From the NCBI GenBank assembly GCA_041650515.1, contig JBAZLA010000003.1:30819-94818 (forward strand): 64,000 nt of DNA. The letters are read 5' to 3'. Every line of letters begins with the position of its first letter. The stretch's first letter is position 1. Both the position numbers and the translations under genes were made by a program. Origin of the DNA: Patescibacteria group bacterium. GTDB lineage: Bacteria; Patescibacteriota; Patescibacteriia; JACRDY01. This document shows positions 9,438-18,121 of the stretch, piece after piece. Below the pieces are notes generated by a model. That model was not told the DNA's origin and did no database searches. It saw only the letters and a program-made list of their open reading frames with translations.

Positions 9438-9514
9438 TGGTACCAGGGGAGGGAATCGAACCCTCGACCTAAGGCTTATGAGTCCTTCGCTCTAACCAAC
9501 TGAGCTACCCTGGC
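9438..9514 (-). tRNA. tRNA-Met (CAT), elongator-type; could be tRNA-Ile2 if lysidinylated
   Basis: Reverse complement GCCAGGGTAGCTCAGTTGGTTAGAGCG..CTCATAA..GGTTCGATTCCCTC..CCTGGTACCA. Cloverleaf with C11:G24 and anticodon CAT. Confidence 0.7.
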
Positions 9515-9643
9515 CCCCACACCAACTTTGAATCCGTGTTATTCAAGTCTAAGTAAAATTTAAGATTAATCTTGTAAGTTTGGTTTGATCTAGAATTAAA
9601 AATTGGTGTGGGGGCTGGCTCAACGCTTGAGTAAAATAATTTT

Positions 9644-9720
9644 TGGTTGCGGGGGCGGGATTTGAACCCGCGACCTCCAGGTTATGGGCCTGGCGAGCTG
9701 CCGGACTGCTCTACCCCGCT
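9644..9720 (-). tRNA. tRNA-fMet (CAT), initiator-like
   Basis: Reverse complement AGCGGGGTAGAGCAGTCCGGCAGCTCGCCAGGCCCATAACCTGG..GCGGGTTCAAATCCCGC..ACCA. Unpaired 1:72, A11:U24 and a G-C-rich anticodon stem are initiator features. Confidence 0.65.
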
Positions 9721-9783
9721 ATAAGGATAAGATTTACAGTATAGCTTGATTTAGCCGAAATGCCAAGTTAAGAGATTTTAACT

Positions 9784-9911
9784 TGGTGCCGGGGGAGGGA
9801 ATCTCGCTCGCTCCGACTCGCGGTCCCGGGCGCTGCGCGCACTCGCGCCCTTTCAATCTTGATGCCAAGATTGAAACCCTCATGGACTTGCGTCCACACG
9901 ATTTTGAGTCC
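9784..9911 (-). pseudogene. Degenerate partial tRNA-Leu copy (anticodon loop through 3' end) with a ~75-nt GC-rich insertion in the T-loop
   Basis: 9784-9803 and 9878-9911 are identical to the 3' half of the adjacent tRNA-Leu. The D-arm and anticodon stem are not conserved. The insert is tcgctcgctccgactcgcggtcccgggcgctgcgcgcactcgcgccctttcaatcttgatgccaagattgaaa. Confidence 0.5.
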
Positions 9912-9956
9912 CTACAAACCTTTCACGGGGCGGGCGTGCGCTAGTTTGTCGGCAAT

Positions 9957-10044
9957 TGGTGCCGGGGGAGGGAATCGAACCCTCATGGACTTGCGTCCAC
10001 ACGATTTTGAGTCGTGCGCGTCTACCAATTCCGCCACCTCGGCC
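9957..10044 (-). tRNA. tRNA-Leu (CAA), class II with long variable arm
   Basis: Reverse complement GGCCGAGGTGGCGGAATTGGTAGACGCGCACGACTCAAAATCGTGTGGACGCAAGTCCATGAGGGTTCGATTCCCTCCCCCGGCACCA. Confidence 0.8.
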
Positions 10045-10281
10045 TATCTTATAGTGCTCATATTCTAAACTAAAGAAGGCAAGTTGTCAAAGATAACGCT
10101 TCAGTGTTAAAGCTTATTTCAAAATTGCTTCAACTAGGCTATAATTTTAAGATCAAGTTATGAAGAATTATGCAAAAGTTGGTAAACGCCCTGGTCGGCC
10201 AGCTTATCGCACGCCAGCTACTTTTCGTTACCAAAAATGTTTGCAGGTTAACAAAATCAAAAGCGCTAAGAGTCATTAAAT

Positions 10282-11829
10282 ATGTTTAATATTAATAAAA
10301 TCAAGCTGCCGTCGAAGTCTGGTTGCTATTTGATGAAAAATCAGAGCGGTCAGATCATTTATATTGGTAAAGCTAAGAATTTAGCGAAAAGGGTTAAAAG
10401 TTATTTCCAAAAAAATGATTCCGATTGGAAAACCAGTCAATTGCTCACTGAGATCAGGGACATTGAAACCATAATAACTCGCAACGAGGCGGAGGCGTTG
10501 TTGTTGGAGGCTCGATTAATCAAACAGCATCAACCAAAATATAATTTTAAACTTAAAGAAAATCAGCCGTTCATGTATATAAAGATCACTAATGAAGAGT
10601 TGCCACGTTTGGTGAGCGTTCGTAGGATTGAAGGGCCGGGTAAATATTTTGGTCCCTTTGTCTCTGGTAGGGGGCGGCGTTATTTATTGTTATTAACTGC
10701 TCGGCTTTTTGGTTTGCGGACGGATAAATTCATATCGCGTAGTAGCCGGGAGTTATATAAACTATTAAGCGAGATTCGTGATCGTAATCTGGGAGAAATC
10801 TCTACTGTTGAATATCGTCAGAATGTTAAATTGGCCGAGTTGTTTTTAAAAGGTAGAAAAGAGCAATTATTGGAACAATTAGAGAAGAGAATGAAATTAG
10901 CTAGTAGCCATCATAACTTTGAGTTAGCCAGGGTTTATCGAGATCAGATTAGATCGATTAAGATTTTATCAGCTAAACAACTAGTTTCTCTACCCAAAGA
11001 TTATGACCAAGATGTAATAAACTATGTGGTGGTGGATCAGCAGGCAATATTTCAGGTTTTCAATGTTAAGCAAGGGGTGATCACCTCTCGTCATGAAATC
11101 CAGTCAGCAGTTGATCGGCCGGTTGTCATTAGTGAAGTGTTAGCCAGTTTTATCCAGCAATATTATCTCACTCGGGTTATCCCTAGAGAGCTTATTATTC
11201 CTCAAAAGATTAAGGATGCGTCAGCACTCGCTGATTATCTTAATCAATTAAAGGGCAGCCGAGTGGTTATTACTGTACCCCAGAAAGGGGATAAGAAAGA
11301 GTTATTAGCCCTAGTTAGGCAGAATGTTATCAATAAAATGAGTTGGACACCAGCGCAGGAATTGCAGGCCCAATGTCATCTGCCGGTCTTGCCGGTCGAT
11401 ATCGATGGGTTTGACGTCTCTAATATTACTGGCCGTTTGGCTGTTGGTTCTTGTGTCCGTTTTACTAATGGTTGGCCGAATAAAAAGCTATACCGTCGCT
11501 TTAAAATTAGAACAGTAGTCGGGCCTAACGATTATGCTATGATGCTAGAGATTATCTCGCGGCGTTATCATCGGACAGGTTGGGGGTTGCCAGACTTGAT
11601 TCTAGTTGATGGTGGAAGGGGGCAGCTGAATGTCGCCTTGAAAGTTTTAGCTGGTCTAGGTTTAGATATTCCAATTGTTTCTTTAGCTAAAAAAAAGGAG
11701 GAGATTTATATTCCTCAGGAGAGAAAGCCAATTATTTTAGACCCACGATCTGGTGGCCGTTTACTTCTACAACGAATCCGTGACGAGGCTCATCGTTTTG
11801 CTATTAATTATCATAAACTTTTACGCTGA
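10282..11829 (+). CDS. uvrC: Excinuclease ABC subunit C, short form lacking the C-terminal (HhH)2 domain
   Basis: N-terminal GIY-YIG (GCYLMKNQSGQIIYIGKAKNLAKRVKSY), UVR domain (ELARVYRDQIRSI), C-terminal RDEAHRFAINYH endonuclease motif, then stop. Confidence 0.75.
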   Translation: MFNINKIKLPSKSGCYLMKNQSGQIIYIGKAKNLAKRVKSYFQKNDSDWKTSQLLTEIRDIETIITRNEAEALLLEARLIKQHQPKYNFKLKENQPFMYIKITNEELPRLVSVRRIEGPGKYFGPFVSGRGRRYLLLLTARLFGLRTDKFISRSSRELYKLLSEIRDRNLGEISTVEYRQNVKLAELFLKGRKEQLLEQLEKRMKLASSHHNFELARVYRDQIRSIKILSAKQLVSLPKDYDQDVINYVVVDQQAIFQVFNVKQGVITSRHEIQSAVDRPVVISEVLASFIQQYYLTRVIPRELIIPQKIKDASALADYLNQLKGSRVVITVPQKGDKKELLALVRQNVINKMSWTPAQELQAQCHLPVLPVDIDGFDVSNITGRLAVGSCVRFTNGWPNKKLYRRFKIRTVVGPNDYAMMLEIISRRYHRTGWGLPDLILVDGGRGQLNVALKVLAGLGLDIPIVSLAKKKEEIYIPQERKPIILDPRSGGRLLLQRIRDEAHRFAINYHKLLR

Positions 11830-11998
11830 TCGGGAATCGCTCCTTTGGTCAACAGAAAACTCCCCAAAAATCGAGGAGTTGTCTGCGTTAGGTGGGTTTT
11901 TAGCCCTTGCATTACAGTCAGTAGCTTACCATATCTAAGTGAATTGTCAAGAGGGGTTTTCCCTTGATTTTTATTTAGTTTTGTTTTATTGTGAAAAT

Positions 11999-13420
11999 AT
12001 GTTTAACCTTATTACTCAAATAGTTAAAAGCAATTACCCACAGGCCGATATCAGATTAATCGAGAAAGCCTACTCGACAGCTAGTCGATATTTGCGCGGT
12101 CAAAAGCGGGGTAACCTTAATTATATTGATCACCCAGTCGGGACTGCTTTAACTCTGGCTAGAATGAAGATGGATCAAGTGGTAGTAGTGGCTGCCCTAC
12201 TCCATGATTTGCCTAGACACTCCGAGTATGGTGTTGAGGATATAGGCCGAGATTTCGGTCCAGATGTTGGTAAAATAATGGTTAATCTAAATGCCATCTC
12301 GCATATTGATTCCCGTTTTCGAGGTACTGATCGTTACCTAGAAAGCGCTAGGAGGATGTTTATTGCTGTTGCTAAAGACTATCGGGTGATTTTGATTAAA
12401 CTGGCTGAACGACTTAATAATCTAGAACATTTGGATAGTTTTCCAGTTGAAAAACAAAAGAGATATATCGAGATGAGCGAAAAACTATATATTCCTTTAG
12501 CTAGTCTGTTGGGGTTGTGGCGACTGCGGGCCGACATGGAAGATATCTGTTTTAAATATCGGCATCCACAAGAATATCAAAAAATTAAGGATAAACTAGA
12601 TAAAGGGCTGAGAAGTCTTGGCGACCAGATTGTCGAACAGGTTCGACAAAAAATTTCAAAATTGGCCAAAAAGCAAGGTTTAGCGTTTGAGATTAGTACT
12701 CGTTTTAAACATATTCGGGGCATCCATAAGAAGATGCAAGAAAAAAATAAGGGTTTCAACGAGATTTATGATGCTTTTGCTGTCCGGATAATTGTGTCAA
12801 CGGTCTGGGATTGTTATTCGATGTTGGGCATAATCCATAGTTTATGGAGACCTAAGCCACGACGGGTGAAGGATTATATTGCCGCACCTAAGCCTAATGG
12901 TTATCGTTCCTTACATACCACTGTTTTTAGCGATGAAGGTTATCCAATGGAGTTTCAGGTCAGGACCCAAGAGATGCAGGACGAAGCCCGCTATGGCTTG
13001 GCGGCTCAGTATTTTTATAAACACCCTCATTTGAATGAAGATATCTCCCATTGGATCGGTGAGATTCTGAATACTCGCAAACAACACGAGGAAAATGATG
13101 TTAAAGATTTTACTTTTGATTTATTGAGTAATCGGATTTTTGTTTATACACCCAAGGGTGATGTTATCGAATTAGCCGAAGGGGCGACGCCGCTTGATTT
13201 TGCTTATATGATTCATACCGACGTTGGTAACCATTGTGTTAGTGTTTTAGTTAATGACATTAAACGGCCGTTTGATTATCAGTTGAGAAACAATGACGTG
13301 GTAGAGATCATTACCCGATCAACTAAAAAACCAGCCAAGAGCTGGTTGAGATCGGTTAGGACGCGCTATGCTCGACAGCAGATATTAAAAGCTTTAGAAA
13401 TTGAAGCCAAAACAAGTTAG
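11999..13420 (+). CDS. RelA/SpoT-homolog (p)ppGpp synthetase, short form with degenerate HD hydrolase motif. ATG 11999 preferred over GTG 11939.
   Basis: HD-like region LLHDLPRHSEY (no ED). Synthetase motifs DAFAVRIIV, GYRSLHTTV, EFQVRTQEM. TGS domain GDVIELAEGATPLDFAYMIHTDVG. Confidence 0.8.
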   Translation: MFNLITQIVKSNYPQADIRLIEKAYSTASRYLRGQKRGNLNYIDHPVGTALTLARMKMDQVVVVAALLHDLPRHSEYGVEDIGRDFGPDVGKIMVNLNAISHIDSRFRGTDRYLESARRMFIAVAKDYRVILIKLAERLNNLEHLDSFPVEKQKRYIEMSEKLYIPLASLLGLWRLRADMEDICFKYRHPQEYQKIKDKLDKGLRSLGDQIVEQVRQKISKLAKKQGLAFEISTRFKHIRGIHKKMQEKNKGFNEIYDAFAVRIIVSTVWDCYSMLGIIHSLWRPKPRRVKDYIAAPKPNGYRSLHTTVFSDEGYPMEFQVRTQEMQDEARYGLAAQYFYKHPHLNEDISHWIGEILNTRKQHEENDVKDFTFDLLSNRIFVYTPKGDVIELAEGATPLDFAYMIHTDVGNHCVSVLVNDIKRPFDYQLRNNDVVEIITRSTKKPAKSWLRSVRTRYARQQILKALEIEAKTS

Positions 13421-13424
13421 CTAT

Positions 13425-14894
13425 ATGTCTTCTCTAGAAAAGCTACTACAAATTATTCAGGTGAGCCATCCTAGAGCTAATCTAGATGTTGTTTCTTTAG
13501 CTTATGATTTCGCGGAAAAAGCTCACCAAGGACAGAAGCGGTTTTCGGGCGAGCCGTACTTTAGTCATCCCTATGCCGCTGCTTTGACTTTGGCGGAGAT
13601 GAAGGGCGGACCAAATATTGTTGCCGCTGCTTTGTTGCACGATGTTCCCGAGGAGACTGCAGTCACTATTGAAGAGCTTAAGAAAGAGTTTGGTGCTGAT
13701 ATTGCTTTCATGGTTGAAGGAGTTACCAAGGTGGGTAAGGTAAAATATCGTGGTATGGAACGTTACATTGAGAATTTACGCAAAATGTTTGTCGCCATGG
13801 CGGTTGATTTGCGGGTAATTTTAATTCGTTTTGCTGATCGTTTGCACAATTTGCAGACGTTGGAGCATTTGCCGCGCGATAAACAAGTGCGTATCGCTCA
13901 GGAGAGTCTAGAGATCTATGCGCCAATCGCCAATCGCTTGGGTATTGGTGAAATTAAAGGCAAACTTGAGGATGCTGCTTTTAAATATGCTTTGCCAGTA
14001 GAATATAGCCGAGTCGAAAAATTAGCCATCAAGAGTTATACTACCCGAGATAAGTATTTAAATAGAATCAAAAAACAGCTCGAAGATAGCTTGAGAAAAA
14101 ATAATGTTGAGTATCTTTCGATTCACGGTCGAGCCAAACATCTCTATAGTCTCTATCGCAAACTTCAGCATTATGATTGGGATATAACTAAAGTGTATGA
14201 TTTAGTCGCCTTGCGAGTTATTGTTAAAGACCTCGCTGGTTGTTATCACGTTTTAGGGATCGTTAATAACACCTGGCCGCCATTACCAGGGCGAATTAAA
14301 GATTATATTGCTCAGCCCAAGCCGAACGGTTATCAATCCTTGCATACTACCGTAATCACCGGCCAAGGCAATGGCGAGGTGGTAGAATTTCAAATTCGGA
14401 CGCAAGAAATGCATGAGCAAGCTGAGTTCGGTATTGCTGCTCATTGGCATTATGATGAGGCGGGTTCGTTTGTTCCTGATAAAAAATTTAAATGGGTTGA
14501 AGAGTTGACCAACTGGCAGCAGGAAATTTATGAAAATCAAAAATATTTAGAAGATTTGAAAATTGATGTTTTAAAAAATCGAATTTTTGTTTTTACTCCA
14601 CGCGGCGATGTCATTGATTTACCCGAGGCAGCCACGCCAGTTGATTTTGCCTATTCTATTCATACCGATATTGGTAATAAGTGTACTTCTGCTTTAGTTA
14701 ATGAGCAGATCGTCAATCTCGATTATAAGCTTAAAAATGGCGACGTGGTGGAGATTTTGATTGATAAAAATCGTAAGGGGCCAAACCCGGATTGGTTGCG
14801 ATTTGTTAAGAGTTCGATTGCTCGAAGTCGCATTCGGGCAGCTGCTAAACCCGATGAAAGTGGTAGTTTTTTGGGCCGGATGATTAGAAAATAA
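13425..14894 (+). CDS. RelA/SpoT-homolog bifunctional (p)ppGpp synthetase/hydrolase, short form. Start at 13425 immediately after the upstream stop.
   Basis: HD motif ALLHDVPEET; synthetase motifs DLVALRVIV, GYQSLHTTV, EFQIRTQEM; TGS domain GDVIDLPEAATPVDFAYSIHTDIG. Confidence 0.8.
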   Translation: MSSLEKLLQIIQVSHPRANLDVVSLAYDFAEKAHQGQKRFSGEPYFSHPYAAALTLAEMKGGPNIVAAALLHDVPEETAVTIEELKKEFGADIAFMVEGVTKVGKVKYRGMERYIENLRKMFVAMAVDLRVILIRFADRLHNLQTLEHLPRDKQVRIAQESLEIYAPIANRLGIGEIKGKLEDAAFKYALPVEYSRVEKLAIKSYTTRDKYLNRIKKQLEDSLRKNNVEYLSIHGRAKHLYSLYRKLQHYDWDITKVYDLVALRVIVKDLAGCYHVLGIVNNTWPPLPGRIKDYIAQPKPNGYQSLHTTVITGQGNGEVVEFQIRTQEMHEQAEFGIAAHWHYDEAGSFVPDKKFKWVEELTNWQQEIYENQKYLEDLKIDVLKNRIFVFTPRGDVIDLPEAATPVDFAYSIHTDIGNKCTSALVNEQIVNLDYKLKNGDVVEILIDKNRKGPNPDWLRFVKSSIARSRIRAAAKPDESGSFLGRMIRK

Positions 14895-14899
14895 TATTT

Positions 14900-16447
14900 A
14901 TGAGAGAAGCTACTAAATATCCGCCAGAAGTGGCTGATCAATCTAACCAACAAGAATTAGATAGAGCTCGGGTAGAAACCCTTACAACTGAGGAAGGTTT
15001 TTTAACTAAATTTAGAAATTGTCCGCGGGCTAAAGATTTGGCTCGAGTTTTAATTCTAACCACCATGATTGGTTTTGGTGGGTTGTTGGAGTCTCGGGCG
15101 GCCGCGGCCGAAGATCAAGCACAGTCGACTGAACATCATGATGTTTTAGTTGATGAGAATGAAAAAGTTTTTAATAGTTTTGGTAACGTTTATGAATGGG
15201 CGGGTAAAGATCATCGGGCAAATGACTATTTACCCTCAGATACTAATTCCCTTTTAGAAAGGGCGAGTAAATTGCAAGAAGATGGCATTAGCGGTATTAT
15301 GCCGGTTGATCTAGAGATTATGAGTAAATTTGGTACTTTTACTGAGAGAGCGGCCAAGAAAAAAATTGATGCATTAGTTGAAGAATTCGGAGGCCAGATA
15401 GATAATGATCCTAAGTTAGTTTCTGCTTTACGAGTAATAGCTGAGGATTCTTTTGTCTCTGAGGCTTTGACTGATTTTTTTAGAAGTAGTGGCCGAATTG
15501 AAGCTTGGCCTGATAGCGGTAAATACACACCCAAACCATTGAAGCTATCCGTTGGTACTAATGGTGATAATTTAGAGACTCAAAAAGTTTTATATCACGA
15601 GTTATTACATTATGTTTTTGACAAACAAGATACCGCTATGGCCGAAATGGAAGGACGTGGTGGCGCTGACCATGAGGTAATTAGACCCTTAGAAGATCGA
15701 TTTTTGATCACCCAGCTGATTGATAGTGGTAGAATGCCTCTCGATAGGAGGTTAGGGGCGTTAAATGGTCATTCTCGTGATGGACGATTGGGTCAGAAAA
15801 TCCAGAATATGTTAGATCAAAAAGATTACTCGGCGTTGCAGGGTTTGGTGAATTCGGATTATTTTTATACCACGTTAGTTCATAACGGTGTTCTATCTGC
15901 TTTATCAGGGAACGAATATAATTCTCGAGCCAGAACTATCTTTTTGAAATTATCTGATGGTAGTTCAATAAAGTTTGATGAAGACTATAAGTTGTCTATG
16001 GAAGACCAAGTGAGTATTCTTGGTGGTGATGGTCAGCCCAAAACGATTATAGTCACTGCAAAAGATTTTCGGATGTTTGATTCGAATAAAATTTGGGCGA
16101 CCGGTCAGATACCCGAAGCTGATCGTAGCCGGGTTGAGGGACTTCTTAGAGAACTTCAGGCCGATCCAGATAAAGGGCGAGCTCAGCTTTATTCACCAGA
16201 TCAGGTTAAAGATATTGCCTATTTGCACGCTTATAATGCGGCCATAATGCAAGGTGCTTGGCGGTTAGCTTTTGGTTATAGTGAAAAAATCGGTCAAGCG
16301 GTTGATCAAACTTTTGCCGATCAAAAGTATCAGGGATTGTTTAATCTTTTTATCGAAAAATTAGCCGATCACCAAAAGAAAAAATCAGTTGAAGAGTCGG
16401 TTGCTGATGCGGCTTTTGATATTGTTGATCAATTATTGAATAAATAA
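14900..16447 (+). CDS. Hypothetical membrane-anchored protein with HExxH motif (putative zinc metallopeptidase-like)
   Basis: Single N-proximal TM (VLILTTMIGFGGLL) and VLYHELLHYVF. No further family match recognised. Confidence 0.45.
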   Translation: MREATKYPPEVADQSNQQELDRARVETLTTEEGFLTKFRNCPRAKDLARVLILTTMIGFGGLLESRAAAAEDQAQSTEHHDVLVDENEKVFNSFGNVYEWAGKDHRANDYLPSDTNSLLERASKLQEDGISGIMPVDLEIMSKFGTFTERAAKKKIDALVEEFGGQIDNDPKLVSALRVIAEDSFVSEALTDFFRSSGRIEAWPDSGKYTPKPLKLSVGTNGDNLETQKVLYHELLHYVFDKQDTAMAEMEGRGGADHEVIRPLEDRFLITQLIDSGRMPLDRRLGALNGHSRDGRLGQKIQNMLDQKDYSALQGLVNSDYFYTTLVHNGVLSALSGNEYNSRARTIFLKLSDGSSIKFDEDYKLSMEDQVSILGGDGQPKTIIVTAKDFRMFDSNKIWATGQIPEADRSRVEGLLRELQADPDKGRAQLYSPDQVKDIAYLHAYNAAIMQGAWRLAFGYSEKIGQAVDQTFADQKYQGLFNLFIEKLADHQKKKSVEESVADAAFDIVDQLLNK

Positions 16448-16464
16448 CCCAAGTAATAATAATT

Positions 16465-16731
16465 GTGACCAATTTAGAGCAGATAAAAGTAATAATTAAT
16501 CAATCCGATCTGTCGCCTCAAGAAAAAGAGGAGATGATTGGTTGTTTTCAGTCAAGTAATTCATTGGATTTTTTAAGTTTTATTAATCTAATCCAGGATA
16601 ATCCAGATTGGCTAAAAAAGATTTATCAGATTTTAAAAGCCAAAAAAGCCGCTAAAACAGCGGCAGAGTGGCAGGCTATACTGATTAAAGAACAGGCGAT
16701 GTTGGCTGAGCTGTCGAGGCAAGATTATTAG
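16465..16731 (+). CDS. Hypothetical small protein
   Basis: 88-aa ORF filling the gap before the convergent der gene. Confidence 0.35.
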   Translation: MTNLEQIKVIINQSDLSPQEKEEMIGCFQSSNSLDFLSFINLIQDNPDWLKKIYQILKAKKAAKTAAEWQAILIKEQAMLAELSRQDY

Positions 16732-16732
16732 T

Positions 16733-18115
16733 TTACTTCTTATAGAATTTTTGGGTTACCTCAATTGGCGTGCCAGCGAAGCCCCAGCGTTGGCGAATTT
16801 GATTTTCTAGATAGCGAATATAAGAATAGTGAATATCGGCTTTACTATGGACTAAAAGCTCGAATTTTGGTGGGTTGGTTCGTGTTTGTTTTAATGAATA
16901 GATGTAGGGGTGAATATTGCCTTTAGCCTGAGCTGGTAGGTGGCGTTTAACTGCTCGTTTGAGTAAATATTCTAGATCTTTGTCACTGATTTTTCTTTCC
17001 CTTTCTTGTTTAATCGAGGCGGCTAGATCAAGAATTTTGTGGACACGTTGGCCAAATTTGGCCGAAACAAAGATAACTGGTGCCCAACCTAGAGCGGGAA
17101 AATGGCACTGAAAATAGGTAATAAATTTATTTTGGAGATTAGTACTCTTGTCTGGTATTAAATCCCATTTATTAGCGACAATAATTAGGCCGCACTTAGC
17201 GTCAGTAATCTCTTGAGCTAGTTTGGCATCCTGAACGGCTAAATTTTTTTGAGTTTCTAAAACTAACAAGGCAACGTCGGATTTTTTTAGATTAGTTAAA
17301 GAATTATCGACCCCAGCTTTTTCTATTCCTTTTTGGATTTTAGCATGACGGCGGATGCCTGCTGTATCGATCAGAGTAAACAATTGTTTATTATATTCAA
17401 AATCAACATCTTGGGACTCGCGAGTAGTATGGGGGATCGGTGAAACAATCACTCGCTCTTCACCTAAAATAGCATTGAGCAATGAAGATTTGCCGACGTT
17501 TGGTTTGCCGATGATTGAAACCTTGATAGTTTTTGGTTTTATTGTTCGACGACCAGGTTTAAATTTTAATTTTTTCACGACGATATCGAGCAGGTCGCCA
17601 GTACCTGAGCCGGTGATTGCCGAAACCGGAATCGGATCAGTTAATCCTAATTTAGTAAACTCCCAGATTTCCAAACGTTGGCTGGCCCGGTCAGCTTTGT
17701 TGACGGCTAGTAGATAAGGTTTGTTGGATTTGCGAACAATATTAGTGATAGTGTAATCTTCAGGCTGTAAGCCAACTTGACCGTCAACTACCAGAATCAA
17801 AAAATCTGCTTGTTTAATTGCTAATTCAGCCTGTTTAACAATATTGGTTTCGATCAAATCATCGGGGTTAACACGTTCAGTTAATTTTAGTTTTTTGGGG
17901 ATTTTATTTTTAGCTAAATAACCTAAATCCAATCCGCCAGTGTCCACTAAGGTAAATTCTTTACCCCGCCAAATAACATTACCAAAATTCCGGTCACGGG
18001 TGGTGCCGGGTAGATCAGAGACTAAGGCTTTAGGCATCTCAATCAGACGATTAAAAAGCGTTGATTTACCAACGTTAGTTCGACCAATTAAGGCCACTAG
18101 GGGTAGTTTGCCCAT
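16733..18115 (-). CDS. der: GTPase Der (EngA), double GTP-binding domain
   Basis: Two G-domains: GRTNVGKSTLFN...DTGG and GKPNVGKSSLLN...DTAG. C-terminal KH-like domain. Confidence 0.85.
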   Translation of the reverse strand: MGKLPLVALIGRTNVGKSTLFNRLIEMPKALVSDLPGTTRDRNFGNVIWRGKEFTLVDTGGLDLGYLAKNKIPKKLKLTERVNPDDLIETNIVKQAELAIKQADFLILVVDGQVGLQPEDYTITNIVRKSNKPYLLAVNKADRASQRLEIWEFTKLGLTDPIPVSAITGSGTGDLLDIVVKKLKFKPGRRTIKPKTIKVSIIGKPNVGKSSLLNAILGEERVIVSPIPHTTRESQDVDFEYNKQLFTLIDTAGIRRHAKIQKGIEKAGVDNSLTNLKKSDVALLVLETQKNLAVQDAKLAQEITDAKCGLIIVANKWDLIPDKSTNLQNKFITYFQCHFPALGWAPVIFVSAKFGQRVHKILDLAASIKQERERKISDKDLEYLLKRAVKRHLPAQAKGNIHPYIYSLKQTRTNPPKFELLVHSKADIHYSYIRYLENQIRQRWGFAGTPIEVTQKFYKK

Positions 18116-18121
18116 AGTTGG

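Noticed and set aside
9313-10068. ORFs 9313-9495(+) and 9859-10068(+) in the tRNA cluster
   Set aside because: They overlap the tRNA-Met and tRNA-Leu genes on the opposite strand. Explained by the tRNAs.
11753-11938. 61-aa ORF overlapping the uvrC 3' end, and the GTG-extended start (11939) of the first Rel homolog
   Set aside because: The first overlaps a well-supported CDS in another frame. The Rel homolog has an ATG at 11999 matching the conserved N-terminus, and the 20-aa extension is hydrophobic junk.
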